From Octopus sinensis (lineage: Eukaryota): a DNA stretch of 64,000 nt. Positions 61,480-64,000 of the stretch are shown piece by piece; within the stretch, counting starts at the first letter, position 1, and every line of letters starts with the position of its first letter. Both the position numbers and the translations under genes were made by a program. The stretch covers positions 15,128,001-15,192,000 of the forward strand of contig NC_043000.1 in assembly GCF_006345805.1 (NCBI RefSeq), given 5' to 3'. The notes beneath the pieces were generated by a model. It did no database searches. It was not told where the DNA came from and saw only the letters and a list, made by a program, of their open reading frames with translations.

Positions 61480-64000
61480 CCGCAATCTTACGATCTTGAG
61501 TCCAACATCCTAACCACTAAGCCATGCACCTCCACAACCATACAGCTATATATGTATAGATATATATGCTATTTTGTGAGAATGAGCTGGTATGAAGACA
61601 ATTATAATTAATGTGGTACACCATACATCTGTTCAGATAACGTTGATTTGATGGTGATCTAATGTACGACACAAACATTTGATCACTATAAACAAATCAT
61701 TTGTGCAGGTTGTTCAGCAAAAACTGAATACACATATGTCGTCTCCAACAAGAAAGTTCAACACACACTCTTTTAATTTTTTCAGTCATTAGACTGTGGC
61801 CATGCTGGAGCACCGGCTGTAGACGAGCAAATCAGCCCCAGGACTTATTCTTTGTAAGCATAGTACTTATTCTATCGGTGTCTTTTGCCGAACCGCTAAG
61901 TTACAGGGATGTAAACACACCAGCATCAGTTGTCAAGCGATGTTGGTGGGGACAAACACAGACACACATACATATATATATACATATATACAACAGGCTT
62001 CTTTCAGTTTCCGTCTACCAAATCCACTCACAAGGCTTTGGTCGGCCCGAGGCTTAGTAGAAGACACTTACCCAAGGTGCCATGCAGTGGGATTAAACCC
62101 GGAACCATGTGGTTCATAAGCAAGCAACTTACTATACAGCCACTCTTATGCCTAATATATACATTAGAAACGAAAGTAGTATTTTATCAAAATAGCAATC
62201 TGTATATCTTACTTAACATGGATACATGGTAAGAAAGGAAGAACACTGTAGCATTCATCTTGAGAAAGCATCTTGAGAAAGCTGCATATCCGTGTGTCAC
62301 GGGTATCAAATATCCACTATCATCACATACTTAGACAAATTTCATCTCTACTGATATAGAAAAACAGTCATCAAAAAGTTGCTGGTTTGCAAATAGCTGG
62401 CATATAGGACAAAAATTTGTGACAAAAGCAGTATTGGTTTTAGTTGTTAATCATTGTGCACGTAAATTGCACCAATCCGTTGCCAGCCTCGCCTGGCACC
62501 TGTGCGGGTGGCGTTAGGAAGGGCATCCAGCTGTAGAAACATTGCCAGATAAGACTGGAGCCTGGTGCAGCGTCCTGGCTTCCCAGATCCCCGGTCGAAC
62601 CGTCCAACCCATGCTAGCATGGAGAACGGACGTTAAACGATGATGATGATGATTCTATATCAGTAGAGAGAAAAAGTTGTCCAAGGATGCTGTTGCTAGC
62701 AGATACCTGCAACTAATAATGCTCAAAGAAGCAGAAATCCAGGCTTAACACTTCCACTGCCACTGTTGAATGTTTCTCATCAGCTACTAATATACTTCTG
62801 AGCTTTTTAGAACTATCTATATGAGACACTTTCTCAAGACAAATTCTGTAGTGTTGTGGCTTTCTCACAGTACAGCCATGTTAAGTAAGATATACAGAGT
62901 GGTTTTCTGAACTAATACTGCTTCCATCACTAAAAACAAATTTTTACCTATCCTGTCAGCTATATGCAACACCAGTGACGTTTTAATCAATGTTTCTCTA
63001 TATGAGTAGAGATGCAATTATAGTGGATACTTGCTACCACTAAGGTACAGATATGTAGAAATCCCAGATCTAGCAATTCCACCACTGTAAATGGACTTTT
63101 CCCCCCCCCCACTACTGATACTTCTGTGCATTTTAGCCTAATACATCGATATAAAATGCTTTCTCAAAAATATCATCATGCTGTGGCTTTCTCATAGTAT
63201 AGCCATGTTAAATCAGATATACAGACTGAGATATATTTATATGTCAATGCTGCCTGGCTGGCACCTGTGCTGGTGGCATGTAAAAAGCACCATTTGAGCA
63301 TGGCTGATGTCAGTGCCACCTGACTGGCACCTGTGCCGGTGGCATGTAAAAAGCACCATTTGAGCATAACTGATGTCAGTGCTGCCTGTGCCAGTGGCAT
63401 GTAAAAAGCATCCACCACACTCTCAGAGTGGTTGGCATTAGGAAGTGCATCCAGCTGTAGAAACCTTGCCAAATCAAAGGTGGCAAGCTGGCAGAATCAT
63501 TAGCATGCCAGGTGAAATGCTTAGCGGTATTTCATCTGCCGTTACGTTCTGAGTTCAAATTCCGCCGAGGTCGACTTTGCCTTTCATCCTTTCGGGGTCG
63601 GTTGACGTAATCGACTTAATCTTCTTGTTTGTCCCCTCTATGTTTAGCTCCCTGTGGGCAATAAAGAAATAAGAAACCTTGCCAAATCAGATTGGGGCCT
63701 GGTGCAGCCTCCCAGCTTACCAGTTATCAGTCAAACTGACTGACCCATACCAGCATGGAAAATGGACAGTAAACGACAATGATACATATATGTTCATTAT
63801 TAGCAACAGAAGCAGTATTAAATCTAAATAGCATTCTGTATATCTTGCTTAACTCTTTAGCATTTAATTGGGCCATATTTGGCCCAAATATTCTGCATGT
63901 TTTATGTTAAAACTAACCAAACCCAACTGCTCTTACCCACCATGTAATGTCATTCTAAAAATATAGAAACACACCATTGAAATCTTACGCTACAAGATAA

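Noticed and set aside
56362-64000. Upstream NAA30 exon (expected ...YSIYTYRYFIHNWP..CFL)
   Set aside because: No matching minus-strand exon found; it presumably lies beyond 64000.

Overview
Eukaryotic, AT-rich, repeat-dense genomic DNA. From the recognisable SINE and RTE repeat complement I infer a coleoid cephalopod, most likely Octopus. Almost none of the supplied six-frame ORFs are genes; the real genes are spliced and were assembled by hand from GT-AG exons. (1) + strand, 2017-14489 plus 3'UTR to about 17400: an HMGA-like protein made of eight phase-0 micro-exons (30-57 nt). It has six AT-hooks, one per exon, and no acidic tail; one hook exon is a recent duplicate; the start codon was not found in the window. 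(2) + strand, 27745-33123: complete four-exon mitochondrial ribosomal protein L11, 203 aa. (3) - strand, 56361-44503: the last three exons of NAA30 (NatC catalytic subunit). The rest is tRNA-derived SINEs, RTE and CR1-type LINE fragments, TTAA piggyBac-like elements, hAT and mariner/pogo remnants, Helitron-like non-autonomous elements and microsatellites. Most notable observations: the modular AT-hook micro-exon gene with a recent exon duplication and an inverted SINE pair around a stop-free 168-nt exon block; an intact minimal type-I hammerhead ribozyme at 48061-48104; a 61-bp near-perfect hairpin at 58697-58826; and an RTE LINE with a 3'UTR expanded in higher-order repeats. All coordinates and identities were read by eye.
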